Below are positions 38,896-49,518 of a DNA stretch of 64,000 bases, one piece after another (position 1 is the stretch's first letter; every line of letters begins with the position of its first letter). A program made the position numbers and the translations under genes. The notes below the pieces were generated by a model. That model did no database searches and was not told the DNA's origin. It saw nothing but the letters and a program-made list of their open reading frames with translations. The DNA comes from an uncultured Clostridia bacterium (lineage in GTDB: Bacteria; Bacillota; Clostridia; Christensenellales; UBA1242), in the NCBI GenBank assembly GCA_944383295.1, contig CALWOW010000013.1, forward strand, positions 1,043-65,042, in the 5' to 3' direction.

Positions 38896-40217
38896 TATTT
38901 TATTCTTCCTATTAAATTTCCTTTTTTGTAATCAATGATTTCAACATTAACAAAAGAACCTAACTTGATTTGTTTATCTGTTATTAATTTAATTACTTTA
39001 CCGCATTGAGCTTTTGCAATATAGCCTTCATTTTTATTACCAAAATCAATCAAAGCTCTTTGAGTTGTCCCTATCATCTCATGGAACAATTCTTCACTTA
39101 TTTCATGTTGAATCTTTAGCAAATTGTGTATTCTTTCTCGTTTGATATTAATTGGAATTTGATTATCCATTTTTTCGGCTATTGTACCCTTACGCTTGCT
39201 GTACATAAATATAAATGCGTTGTGATAACGAACAGTTTTTATTAAATCCACAGTTTCTTGATACTCTTCATCTGTTTCACCAGGGAAGCCGACAATAATA
39301 TCTGTCGATAATGTAATATTTGGCATTGCTTTACGTATTTTTTCTATTGTGTTTAGATAATGTTCCCTTGTGTAATTTCGGTTCATTGCTTTTAAAACTC
39401 TATTGCTACCTGATTGTACAGGTAAATGTAAAGTTTTACTTATTTTTTCATTTTTAGCCATTACTTCTATAACTTCATCACTTATATCTTTTGGATGAGA
39501 AGTCATAAATCGTAGTTCAAAATCACCATCAAAGTTGGCGATAGTGTCTAATAATTTCGCAAAATTTACCCCATTCGTATTGCCGTCCAAACCATAGGAA
39601 TTAACGTTTTGACCGAGCAATGTAATAACCTTGTAGCCCATTTCAAGCAGGGTTTTTACTTCTTTGTAAATTTCTTCTGGATTTCTGCTTTTTTCTCTAC
39701 CACGCACATAAGGGACAATGCAATATGTACAAAAATTGTTACAACCATACATGATATTTACATAAGCATAAAAAGGATTGTCGCGCACCATACTAATCCC
39801 TTGCTCGTTTTCAATGTATTGTTCATCTTCAATAACTTTATTTAAAAACTTTTTTTGATTTAAGTAAGTATCCAAATAATCACCAAAAAACTCTATGTTG
39901 TTTGCACCAAAAACTATATCTATAAAAGGAAATTTCTTTCTTAAATTCCCTGCCATATCTTTTTGTTGTGCCATACACCCACAAACAGCTACTATTAAAT
40001 CTTTTTTCTTCTTTTTTATAGGTTTAATAGCACCTATGTTGCCTAAAATTTTTTGCTCGGCACTTTCACGAATACAACAAGTATTAAAAATTACCACATC
40101 AGCATCTTCTACTTGTGAAGCAAGTTGTAATCCCCTATCTTGTAAAATCCCTGCCAATTTTTCAGTTTCGTGTACATTCATTTGACAGCCATAAGTATAA
40201 ATAAAATATTTTTTCAT
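38895..40217 (-). CDS. miaB: tRNA-i6A37 methylthiotransferase MiaB
   Basis: UPF0004 domain (TYGCQMN), radical SAM CNNFCTYCIVP, TRAM C-terminus. The stop overlaps the mutS start (TAATG). Confidence 0.93.
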   Translation of the reverse strand: MKKYFIYTYGCQMNVHETEKLAGILQDRGLQLASQVEDADVVIFNTCCIRESAEQKILGNIGAIKPIKKKKKDLIVAVCGCMAQQKDMAGNLRKKFPFIDIVFGANNIEFFGDYLDTYLNQKKFLNKVIEDEQYIENEQGISMVRDNPFYAYVNIMYGCNNFCTYCIVPYVRGREKSRNPEEIYKEVKTLLEMGYKVITLLGQNVNSYGLDGNTNGVNFAKLLDTIANFDGDFELRFMTSHPKDISDEVIEVMAKNEKISKTLHLPVQSGSNRVLKAMNRNYTREHYLNTIEKIRKAMPNITLSTDIIVGFPGETDEEYQETVDLIKTVRYHNAFIFMYSKRKGTIAEKMDNQIPINIKRERIHNLLKIQHEISEELFHEMIGTTQRALIDFGNKNEGYIAKAQCGKVIKLITDKQIKLGSFVNVEIIDYKKGNLIGRIK

Positions 40218-40334
40218 TTTTTGTTTCCCTTAAAAATTGAAATTCAATATACAAATTATACAATATTTTGCGAAAATTATCAATAATAAATAATAATTTT
40301 TATAAATTGTAACATAATACGAATAGAGGTTTTT

Positions 40335-42587
40335 ATGAAAAAAATTGCAAAGATTAGTATAATTTTTTTTAGTATAATCTTAATTTTAATATTATGCTTT
40401 TTCGTTTATATAGCAATAGTTATCGCTCAAGCTGGTGAAACCGCTTCATTAAACATGGCAAAATTAAATAGTTATAATGCTCAGGTTAAGATATTTGATA
40501 AAAATGAAGAAGAATTAGTGACAACTTCGGCAAATGGTAATGAAGCAATAACGTTACAAGAGTTACCCAATTATGTTACACAAGCCTTTATAAGCATTGA
40601 AGATAAAAAATTTTATTCGCATAGCGGAATAAATCTCGGTCGAATACTAAAAGCATTAGTAAAAAACATTATGAGCGGATACGCAAAAGAAGGTGCATCA
40701 ACCATAACTCAACAATTAATAAAAAATACGCATTTAAGTAGCGAAAAGACTTTATCTCGTAAAATTCAAGAAGCATATTTAGCAACACAATTAGAGCGAA
40801 AATACACAAAAGATGAAATATTGGAAACTTACCTTAATGTTATTTATTTTGGTAATAGTTCTTACGGAATAGAAAGCGCTTCGCAAAATTATTTTGGGCA
40901 TTCGGCAAAAGACTTGACTTTAGCAGAAAGTGCAACTTTGGCGGGCTTAATTAAATCACCTAAAAAATATTCACCTATATATAACAAAGAAAATTGTATA
41001 GAAAGAAGAAATTTAGTATTAAAGAATATGTATGAAGATAAAAAAATAAGCATAGATGAATACGAAGAAGCAAAAATAGCCCCACTTAATATAATTAATA
41101 ATTCAAATGCGACAGAAAATTTTAACCGCATTATTATTGATGAAGCAATGAAAATCTTAAATTTAAGCGAAACCGATGTTTCAACTATGGGATATAAAAT
41201 TTATACATATATCGATAAAGATTTGCAGGCTTTATTAAAAGATAAGATTGTTTCTACAAAAATAGAAAACGCTCTAATAGTTATAGATAATAAAAATAAT
41301 AGCGTTATCGCTTATTTAGGTAATGGCGAACAAAAAAGACAAGTTGGAAGTACCATAAAACCCATATTGTGTTATGCGCCAGCATTCGAAACAGGTGTAT
41401 TATCCCCTATTACACCTATATGTGATGAAAAAACAGATTTTAATGGATACAGCCCTAAAAATGCTAATGGGAAATTTGCTGGTTGGGTTAGCGCACGAAC
41501 TGCTTTAGCTAAATCTTTAAACATTCCTGCAGTAAAGACACTAGAATACACGGGGTTAAATAAATCAATCTCTATTGCCGAAAAATTTGGATTGTCATTT
41601 GATAAAGATGATTATCATTTGGCTATAGCACTAGGTGCAACAAAATACGGTGAGAGTTTACAGACTATTTCCAATGCTTATTCGACTTTTGCTCGAAATG
41701 GTTTGTATAGTAACTTAAATTTTATCAAAAGAATTGAAACAGGTGCAGGTACTGTCGTTTATGAAAACAATCAAAACTTTACACAGATTATAGGTGAAGA
41801 TACCGCATATTTGATAAACGATGTATTGAAAGATACTATTTCAATAGGAACAGCAAAAAGACTATCAACTTTAAATATTCCCCTTAGCGCAAAAACAGGT
41901 ACCGTAGGTGCAAGTGACGGCTCAAACACAGACGCTTGGTGTATAAGTTATAACCCTCAATATACAGTTGGCGCATGGTTTGGGAATACTCAAGAAGCAA
42001 ATCACAATTTATTACCAACTCAAAATGGCGGTACAATAGCGACTAATTTAAATAAAACCATCTGGGAATGTTTGATTAAAAAATTTAACATTACAAAAGA
42101 TTTTATACAACCTGATAGTGTGGCGGAATACAAAATTGACTCGATTGCATTATCCAGTCAAAAAATAGAACTTGCAGATGATAACACTCCTGAAATGTAT
42201 GTTGTATGTGATATTTTTTCAAAACGGTATGCGCCGAAACAAGTCAGCACTAATTTTCAACAAATTACGACTCCTGTTCTTTTACTTGATGTTGAAAAAG
42301 AAAAAATAATTTTGAGTTTTGAAGCGGTAGATTTTCTAAATTATACTTTAATAAAAGCTGAAAATGATAAAGAAACCGTATTAAAAGAGTTTGAAGGCAA
42401 AAATGAAACTTTTTACTACACTGACAATTTACCTACTAGCAATACTAATTATTATTTGAAAATAAGTTACAAGAATAGCAAAATCAAAACAACCGCAACA
42501 AGCAATATTGTTAAATACTATCTTGACACAACAAACTCTAAAAAATCTAGTCCAACAAAAGAAATCGTAAGGCATTGGTATTTTTAA
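40335..42587 (+). CDS. bifunctional class A penicillin-binding protein (PBP1A family)
   Basis: N-terminal TM, GT51 motifs (FISIEDKKFYSHSGI, GASTITQQL), transpeptidase STIKP and KTGT, plus a C-terminal extension. Confidence 0.9.
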   Translation: MKKIAKISIIFFSIILILILCFFVYIAIVIAQAGETASLNMAKLNSYNAQVKIFDKNEEELVTTSANGNEAITLQELPNYVTQAFISIEDKKFYSHSGINLGRILKALVKNIMSGYAKEGASTITQQLIKNTHLSSEKTLSRKIQEAYLATQLERKYTKDEILETYLNVIYFGNSSYGIESASQNYFGHSAKDLTLAESATLAGLIKSPKKYSPIYNKENCIERRNLVLKNMYEDKKISIDEYEEAKIAPLNIINNSNATENFNRIIIDEAMKILNLSETDVSTMGYKIYTYIDKDLQALLKDKIVSTKIENALIVIDNKNNSVIAYLGNGEQKRQVGSTIKPILCYAPAFETGVLSPITPICDEKTDFNGYSPKNANGKFAGWVSARTALAKSLNIPAVKTLEYTGLNKSISIAEKFGLSFDKDDYHLAIALGATKYGESLQTISNAYSTFARNGLYSNLNFIKRIETGAGTVVYENNQNFTQIIGEDTAYLINDVLKDTISIGTAKRLSTLNIPLSAKTGTVGASDGSNTDAWCISYNPQYTVGAWFGNTQEANHNLLPTQNGGTIATNLNKTIWECLIKKFNITKDFIQPDSVAEYKIDSIALSSQKIELADDNTPEMYVVCDIFSKRYAPKQVSTNFQQITTPVLLLDVEKEKIILSFEAVDFLNYTLIKAENDKETVLKEFEGKNETFYYTDNLPTSNTNYYLKISYKNSKIKTTATSNIVKYYLDTTNSKKSSPTKEIVRHWYF

Positions 42588-42624
42588 AAACAAAAAAAAG
42601 TTAATCATAACTTTTTATAACAAA

Positions 42625-42666
42625 CAAAAAAGATAATGTATCAAACCGAATTACATTATCTTTTTA
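42625..42666. terminator. bidirectional terminator between convergent PBP1A and thiI
   Basis: 10-bp stem AGATAATGTA/TACATTATCT (42631-42640 and 42652-42661) flanked by an A-run and a T-run. Confidence 0.75.
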
Positions 42667-42699
42667 TTTAAGTAAATTAAAAAATGACTTAACATCTTT

Positions 42700-43848
42700 T
42701 TATATTTCAATTATTTCTTCCGAGTTTAAACTTTTTTGCAATAATTCGTCAATATTAAGTTTAGCTTCCTCTTTTAAAACTTTATCCATTTTAGGTTTTG
42801 TTACAGGATTTTTAGGCAAAAATACAGTACAACAATCTTCATACGGTTGTATGCTTATTTCATAAGTGCCTATTTTATTAGCAACTTCCATAATATCTTG
42901 TTTATCAAAACCGATTAATGGCCGAAATACGGGTATACTTACTACAGCGTTTGTTGCATTTATACTTTGTAAAGTTTGACTTGCAACTTGTCCCAAACTC
43001 TCACCTGTAATCAATGCTCCAACACCATTCTTGCGTGCAATTTCTTGGGATATTCTCATCATCATTCTACGTAACAAAGTAATCATAAAGTCGCCATCAC
43101 ACTTTTTGTGAATTTCTTCTTGAACGTGAGTAACCGACACTATATGCAGTTTAATATGACCTAAATAGTCGCACATTTTTTCAGCAAGCGAAATTACTTT
43201 TTGTTTTGCTAGTTCACTTGTGTAGGGATAACTATGGAAATGTATTGCTTCTACTGTCAAACCTCTTTTCGCCAAAAAGTATCCAGCAACAGGACTATCT
43301 ATTCCCCCACTTAACAAAAGTAACCCCTTACCTGCAGTACCCAAAGGCATACCACCAGCGCAATTTACTACATTTGTTGAAATGTAGGTATAGCCATTTT
43401 CACGAATATCAACAATAACATCTATATCGGGATTATGTAGGTCAACCTTGCTACTTCCATTATTTTTTAAAATTATAGCACCTAAATCAGCATTCATTTG
43501 CATTGATTTTACAGGAAAAATTTTGCTCGCACGATTTGTGCTTACACGAAAACTTTTTCCTTGCAAATCAATTTTTGCGCATTCTTCATTTATGTTTTCC
43601 AACTCTGTAACAATTTTTGTTGCAACTGAAAGTGAATGTAGCCCAAAAATTTTTGTAAGTTTATTTATAATCAAATTTTCTTGATTTTCATCATAATCAC
43701 TAAGTTCGTAACGACCACTTATCTTTTTTAAAGAAAATTTAAAGTTCTTTAACGCATCACAAATATTCTTGTATAAAACTTGCTCAAAATATTTGCGATT
43801 ATGTCCCTTTAAAAATAATTCGCCATATCTAATCAAAATAACATTCAT
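42700..43848 (-). CDS. thiI: tRNA 4-thiouridine synthase ThiI (no rhodanese domain)
   Basis: N-terminal ferredoxin-like/THUMP domain and PP-loop SGGIDSPVA. 382 aa. Confidence 0.9.
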   Translation of the reverse strand: MNVILIRYGELFLKGHNRKYFEQVLYKNICDALKNFKFSLKKISGRYELSDYDENQENLIINKLTKIFGLHSLSVATKIVTELENINEECAKIDLQGKSFRVSTNRASKIFPVKSMQMNADLGAIILKNNGSSKVDLHNPDIDVIVDIRENGYTYISTNVVNCAGGMPLGTAGKGLLLLSGGIDSPVAGYFLAKRGLTVEAIHFHSYPYTSELAKQKVISLAEKMCDYLGHIKLHIVSVTHVQEEIHKKCDGDFMITLLRRMMMRISQEIARKNGVGALITGESLGQVASQTLQSINATNAVVSIPVFRPLIGFDKQDIMEVANKIGTYEISIQPYEDCCTVFLPKNPVTKPKMDKVLKEEAKLNIDELLQKSLNSEEIIEI

Positions 43849-44981
43849 TATTTATAATCCTTTAATTTGTGTATTTCTGTTACTAACGCTCGTATAGTGG
43901 TGTCAATATCACTAATTGTAGTAAATTCGCTAAAACTAAATCTTATATTCCCTTGCATTTCTTCATTTTTTAATCCCATAGCTGTTAGTACTCGGTTACC
44001 TACATGTTTACTACTGCAAGCAGAACCTGTGCTGACATAAATTTCATACTTTTCAAGGCAATGTAGCAACACTTCCCCCTTTATTCCAAAGAATGAAATA
44101 CTCAATATATTGTTTACAGTGTTTGTCAAATCACCGTTAATTTGATACTTTAAATCGGTTTTCTCTAATTCATTTATAAAATGCTGTTTGATTTCTTTTA
44201 AATGTTTTATACGTGCATCGAAATTTTCGTACATAATTTCGCCTGCCATAACAAATCCTAGTATCCCTGCGGGATTTTCTGTACCAGAACGCAGGCCATT
44301 TTCCTGACCGCCACCTAGAATATGTGGCTTTAAATTGACATTTTTATTAAAATATAAGCAAGCAACACCCTTTGGTCCGTGTATTTTGTGTGAACTTACT
44401 GTATATAAATCAATATTATCTTGAAACACATTTACGCCCACTTTACCAAAAGCTTGCACCCCATCACAATGAAGCAAACACGTAGGATTTTTTGATTTTA
44501 TTAATTTAGAAATTTGCCGTATATCATTTATTGCACCTGTTTCATTACTTACATGAATAATCGAAACAAGATTGACATCTTGACTTAATTTGCTTTCTAA
44601 ATCTTTTAAATTAATGGTTCCATCTTTATTTAATGCAATAAAATCTATATTATAACCGTTATTTGCTAGATTTTTTGCTGTTTCATAGATAGATGGATGC
44701 TCGCCTGATGAAATCAAAATTTTTTTATTTTTTCTTGCTAAACCATTTAACACAAGATTGTTTGCTTCGGTAGCGCTACCTGTAAAAACAACTTTATCAC
44801 CCAAATCTGCATTTAACAATGTTAACATTCTTTTACGAGCGCTATCCAAATCTAATTTAACTTTTACTGCAGGTTGATAAACGCTTGATGGATTGAAAAA
44901 ATTTTCAAAACTATACTTCGAAATAAAATCTACTACTTCTTTTCTAGGTTGAGTTGTTGCAGAATTATCTAAATAAATCAT
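43848..44981 (-). CDS. class V aminotransferase-fold cysteine desulfurase (NifS/IscS/NifZ-like, paired with thiI)
   Basis: IYLDNSATT, PLP-lysine region SSHKIHGPKG, active-site loop SGSACSS. The stop overlaps the thiI start (TAATG). Confidence 0.9.
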   Translation of the reverse strand: MIYLDNSATTQPRKEVVDFISKYSFENFFNPSSVYQPAVKVKLDLDSARKRMLTLLNADLGDKVVFTGSATEANNLVLNGLARKNKKILISSGEHPSIYETAKNLANNGYNIDFIALNKDGTINLKDLESKLSQDVNLVSIIHVSNETGAINDIRQISKLIKSKNPTCLLHCDGVQAFGKVGVNVFQDNIDLYTVSSHKIHGPKGVACLYFNKNVNLKPHILGGGQENGLRSGTENPAGILGFVMAGEIMYENFDARIKHLKEIKQHFINELEKTDLKYQINGDLTNTVNNILSISFFGIKGEVLLHCLEKYEIYVSTGSACSSKHVGNRVLTAMGLKNEEMQGNIRFSFSEFTTISDIDTTIRALVTEIHKLKDYK

Positions 44982-44991
44982 CCTTTTCCCT

Positions 44992-47373
44992 TTATGCTCT
45001 TATTTTGGCTTGATAAGTACTTTCTAGTCTAACTAATATTTTATTTATTGCTTCGTTTACTTCTTCTTGAGTTAATGTTGCATCTTGTTTTCTAAATGTT
45101 AAATTGAAAGCAACACTTTTGTAACCATTTGGAACTTGTTCGCCTTGATAAATATCAAATAACTCAATGTTTTCCAACATATCGCCTACTGTTTTCTTAA
45201 TTGTTTCAATCATTCCGCCCACTAAAACATTTTCATCTACTACCAAAGCCAAATCTCTGTGAGAAGAAGGGAATTTTGGCAATGGTTTTGCCTTCTTTGT
45301 TTTTTTAGCAGGTAAATCATTAAGATTAATTTCAAAATAATAGCAATCATGCTTTATATCAAAATTTTTAAGCACACGTGGGTGTATTTTGCCGATGCAA
45401 CCTATCTTTTTGTTTCCTAAACAAATATCTGCACATATATTTGGGTGCATATATTCTATTTTACTTGGTTTGTAGGTAAAGTTAATTCCAAATTTACTTG
45501 CAAGCATTTCTGTAATAGATTTTACATTAAAGAAGTCCACGTTTTGCGCAGTCATATACGATAAAACATTGTATTCACAAGGAATATTATCTTTATTGTC
45601 ACGTATATCTTTAAAAATTTTACCTATTTCAAATATTTGAGTGTCTTTGTTTTTTCTATTTTCGTTTAATTTTATTACTTCAAGCAAACTGCTTACCATT
45701 TGTGTGCGCATTGTGCTGTAATCAAAACTTAATGGGTTGGTTATTTTAACATAATTTCTTAACTCACTGTTTTCTTGAATTAATAATTTATCTAATGTTG
45801 TAGGAGCACAAAAGCCATAAGTACGTACTTGATGTGCACCTGTAGCCAACATATAGGATACACAATTACGTTGTAATTGTAGCATTGTATTCATACCACC
45901 CGCTATACTTGAAGTTTGTTCACAATGTGTAGGTGTAATATGGTTAAACCCATAAAATCTTATAACTTCTTCAATTAAATCTGCAGAACGTTCAATATCA
46001 GCACGTATAGAAGGCACATAGCAATCTATTGCATCCCCTATTAATGTTGTTTCAATATCCAATCTATTGAGTATATACATTATGTTTTCTGTTGGAATTT
46101 CTATTCCCAACGTACGTTTTATATCGCTTAAAGGTAGCGAAACTTTTCTTTTCTCATCTTTTAACTCTCCAACTTGTACGATGTCGCTTGAAATTGTGCC
46201 ACAATTTAAGGATGAAATTAAAGTCAAAGCACGATTTAAACCGTTTAATGTTGAAATAGGTTGTATTTCACGCTCATATCTAGCACTTGCATCAGTGCGC
46301 AAACCTAATTTCCTTGAGCTTCTACGAATATTTACTCTATCGAAAATAGCACTTTCAATTAAAATGTTTTGTGTATCGTTTGAAATTGAATATTCTTTTC
46401 CACCTTTAATACCGGCAAGTCCCAATGCTTTATCGGTATCCGCTATTACCGTGATGTCGCTTGATAAGATGTAATCTTGGTCATCAAGACAAGTCAATTC
46501 TTCATTTTCATAAGCTGCTCTAACAATAATTTTGTGATTAGCAATTTTATCATAATCAAAGGCATGTAAAGGTTGCCCCATTTCCAACAAAACTAAATTT
46601 GTAATATCTACAATATTATTATGTGGAGTAATACCAGATAATTTTAATCTACGTTGTATCCATAAAGGTGAAGGAGCTAATTTTACATTTTTAACAATAC
46701 AACCTAAATATAAAGGGCAATTTTCTGTCTCAACTTCTATCTTTATAGGTAGGTCTATTTTCTCTTGTTTAAATTCAGTTTTAGGTGCAATAAACTTTCT
46801 ATCCAAAGCAACAGAAAGTTCTTTTGCTAATCCCATTACACTCTGACAATCTGGTCTATTTGCTAGTACCTTTAAATCGTAAACAACATCATCTAGCCCT
46901 AAAAATTCTGCAATTTGTTGCCCTGGCTTTGCGCTTTCATCCAATATCATAATTCCATCAACTAAAGCATTTGGATAAACTGAATTATCGATGCACAACT
47001 CCTCACCTGAACACAACATACCTTGTGATTCCTCACCACGCATATTTGTAGTTTTTATTTTAACCCCGTTAGGCAAATCTGCTCCATCTAGAGCTGCTGG
47101 GACAAGAGCGCCCTCAAATACATTGGTAGCGGCAGTTAAAATCTGTACAGTATCTCCGCCCCCAAGGTCGATTGTACATATTTGTAATTTATCTGCGTTG
47201 GGATGTCTTGTTAATTTGACAATTCTACCTACCTTTACCCTTTCCATACCTTTTGAAAGGTCTTTCATATCTTCAACTTCAAAACCGATATTGATAAACT
47301 TATCAGCAACTTCTTGTGGAGTTACATTTTCTAAGTTCACAAAATCTGCTAACCATTTATAACTTACTATCAT
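44992..47373 (-). CDS. pheT: phenylalanine--tRNA ligase beta subunit
   Basis: N-terminal tRNA-binding OB domain, then B3/4, B5 and C-terminal FDX-ACB domains. 793 aa. Downstream of pheS. Confidence 0.95.
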   Translation of the reverse strand: MIVSYKWLADFVNLENVTPQEVADKFINIGFEVEDMKDLSKGMERVKVGRIVKLTRHPNADKLQICTIDLGGGDTVQILTAATNVFEGALVPAALDGADLPNGVKIKTTNMRGEESQGMLCSGEELCIDNSVYPNALVDGIMILDESAKPGQQIAEFLGLDDVVYDLKVLANRPDCQSVMGLAKELSVALDRKFIAPKTEFKQEKIDLPIKIEVETENCPLYLGCIVKNVKLAPSPLWIQRRLKLSGITPHNNIVDITNLVLLEMGQPLHAFDYDKIANHKIIVRAAYENEELTCLDDQDYILSSDITVIADTDKALGLAGIKGGKEYSISNDTQNILIESAIFDRVNIRRSSRKLGLRTDASARYEREIQPISTLNGLNRALTLISSLNCGTISSDIVQVGELKDEKRKVSLPLSDIKRTLGIEIPTENIMYILNRLDIETTLIGDAIDCYVPSIRADIERSADLIEEVIRFYGFNHITPTHCEQTSSIAGGMNTMLQLQRNCVSYMLATGAHQVRTYGFCAPTTLDKLLIQENSELRNYVKITNPLSFDYSTMRTQMVSSLLEVIKLNENRKNKDTQIFEIGKIFKDIRDNKDNIPCEYNVLSYMTAQNVDFFNVKSITEMLASKFGINFTYKPSKIEYMHPNICADICLGNKKIGCIGKIHPRVLKNFDIKHDCYYFEINLNDLPAKKTKKAKPLPKFPSSHRDLALVVDENVLVGGMIETIKKTVGDMLENIELFDIYQGEQVPNGYKSVAFNLTFRKQDATLTQEEVNEAINKILVRLESTYQAKIRA

Positions 47374-47450
47374 AACTTCTCCTTTTTGTATTTACATTAG
47401 GTTTTAAATACTATCGTTTATTTTATATATTTGTATTGACATTTCCATAG

Positions 47451-48473
47451 TTACTTAAATTGCTTTAATAAATTTATATCGTTTTCATATAAATCACGCA
47501 AATCAGATACGCCGTATTTAATCATTGCTAATCTATCTAGTCCTATACCTGCAGCAAAACCTTTATAAATGTTACTGTCTATACCTGACATTTCCAATAC
47601 TCTAGGATGAACCATCCCTGCTCCTAATAATTCTATATAACCAGTTTCTTTACAAAGGGCACAACCTTTTCCGCCACATTTTGGACAAGTAGCGTCTGCT
47701 TCAATACTAGGTTCAGTAAATGGGAAATAACTTGGTCTTACACGCAACTCTGTCTTTTCACCTAATAAATACTTAACTACTCCTTCAAGTGTACCAATTA
47801 AATCTGCTAAAGTCACATTTTTATCTACCACTAAAATTTCCAATTGTCCAAATATTGGTGAATGCGTAGCATCAACCTCATCTATTCTATAAGCATTTCC
47901 AGTAGAAATCATCTTTATAGGTGGTTGTTGACTTTCCATTGTGCGCACTTGCATAGCAGATGTATGCGTACGCAAAACTGTTTCATTATCTATGTAGAAA
48001 GTGTCTTGCATTTCTCGTGCAGGATGTTCTTTAGGTACATTAAGCGCTTCAAAGCAGTAATAATCGGTTTCGATATCCGTACCATCTTTCAATTCAAATC
48101 CACGTTCTATAAAATAATCTATCAAATCTTTTTTGAGTATTTCTATAGGATGCATAGTCCCGTATGGCGATGGGGTTACAGGAATAGTTACATCTACTTT
48201 TTCTTTTGATAACTTTTCATTTAATATAGCATCATCAATTTCATTTTCTTTATCTTTAAAGAGTTTATTCAATGAATCACGTAAAGTATTTAATTGCTCA
48301 CCTAATACACGTTTTTCTTCATTAGATAAATTTTTTAAATTTTTCATAAGCCCAGATAATGCACCATTTTTACCTAAAAATAAAGCGCTAACCTGTATAA
48401 GTGTTTGTTTGTCTTTTATTTGCTTTACTTTAACTTCGGCCTCATTTAAGATTTCTTGTAATTGTTTATCCAT
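47451..48473 (-). CDS. pheS: phenylalanine--tRNA ligase alpha subunit
   Basis: Class II aaRS motifs (HPAREMQDTFY, LRTHTS, FRVRPSYFPFTEPS, GAGMVHP). Confidence 0.97.
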   Translation of the reverse strand: MDKQLQEILNEAEVKVKQIKDKQTLIQVSALFLGKNGALSGLMKNLKNLSNEEKRVLGEQLNTLRDSLNKLFKDKENEIDDAILNEKLSKEKVDVTIPVTPSPYGTMHPIEILKKDLIDYFIERGFELKDGTDIETDYYCFEALNVPKEHPAREMQDTFYIDNETVLRTHTSAMQVRTMESQQPPIKMISTGNAYRIDEVDATHSPIFGQLEILVVDKNVTLADLIGTLEGVVKYLLGEKTELRVRPSYFPFTEPSIEADATCPKCGGKGCALCKETGYIELLGAGMVHPRVLEMSGIDSNIYKGFAAGIGLDRLAMIKYGVSDLRDLYENDINLLKQFK

Positions 48474-48485
48474 ATTTTATCTCCT

Positions 48486-48728
48486 TTTAAAATAAAAAAA
48501 CTTCGCCTATTTTTAGGACGAAGTTAATTCCGTGGTACCACCTAAATTCCCTAAAGGGCACTTAATTTTGTCGTAACGTGACCCAAAACGCCTTTGCCTA
48601 CTGTCTTCAACAAAAGTGCTAAAAAGTGAATTCGCTAAAACCATTGCTTAGGACTCTCAGCAAATGTCCAATTCTCTGTAAAGTTAGTTTTAGTTACTAG
48701 TCTTTCTCAACGCATCTCTATTTAGATA
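48486..48728 (-). ncRNA. T-box riboswitch leader, Phe specifier (UUC), controlling pheST
   Basis: Minus-strand elements in order: AGAGA bulge, GAA-UUC-A specifier loop (UUC at 48630-48628), T-box sequence AATTTAGGTGGTACCACGG (48548-48530), terminator hairpin 48523-48501, then a U7 run. Confidence 0.85.
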
Positions 48729-48734
48729 TATTTT

Positions 48735-48763
48735 ATTATATATCGTAATTTAGATTTTGTCAA
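48735..48763 (-). promoter_or_regulatory. consensus sigma-A promoter for the pheST T-box leader (TTGACA-17-TATAAT)
   Basis: Minus strand: TTGACA at 48763-48758, TATAAT at 48740-48735. Confidence 0.55.
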
Positions 48764-48812
48764 GAAAAAATTACTTTTGTTTTTTTATAATCTTATTTTA
48801 ACAACTTTTAAA

Positions 48813-49487
48813 TTAATCTGGTATCAAGTTCATCATTTCATCAAGACTATTAGAATTTAAGTAGGTGTCAGGCACTTTACCAACTATGATTGATTCGCAA
48901 AGCAATATTTGAGTATTTGTTGTTATATTCCTACTTGCCGTTGGTAAAACCATACTAACAGAAGCTGTTACATTCATATAAATTCTATGGTTCGTCTGGT
49001 TAATGCCTGCACTGATAAATTCTGATGAAAAAGTCGAAGTTATAGTTCCTATCGGTTGGACATGGAATGAAACCTCGGGACCCATTCCTACGAACATAGG
49101 AATGCCTGTCAATGTGCCTAAGGGGATTTCTATTCCTTCGCTTCCAATCATTTCTAAATTTTGTTGTGCAGTTTTACCAATATCTTTGCCCAACCTATTT
49201 ATAAGTACAGATTTTACCTGAAAAGATGTGATATTGCCTTCCGCATCTGTATTTATTTGTATAATATCATCATAAAGATTAGTATTATTGATTATTGTTT
49301 GAACAGCACTGTTTACTGATTTACTTGTCATAGACTTGACTGTTGCTTCACTTATTTCAATAATAACAGGGTTTACATAAAAATTAAAAAACAATAATAT
49401 AAAAACTAAAATAGTCACGAAACAAGCCAACATTATCCATAATTTAGTTTTTACACTAAATTTTTTGTGATATTCTTTTTTTCGCAT
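48813..49487 (-). CDS. yunB: sporulation protein YunB
   Basis: N-terminal TM. Conserved FISAGINQTNHRIYMNV and IVGKVPDTY stretches typical of YunB. No SD upstream. Confidence 0.8.
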   Translation of the reverse strand: MRKKEYHKKFSVKTKLWIMLACFVTILVFILLFFNFYVNPVIIEISEATVKSMTSKSVNSAVQTIINNTNLYDDIIQINTDAEGNITSFQVKSVLINRLGKDIGKTAQQNLEMIGSEGIEIPLGTLTGIPMFVGMGPEVSFHVQPIGTITSTFSSEFISAGINQTNHRIYMNVTASVSMVLPTASRNITTNTQILLCESIIVGKVPDTYLNSNSLDEMMNLIPD

Positions 49488-49518
49488 ACATATTTATATG
49501 CAAAAAAAATTTTTAAGT

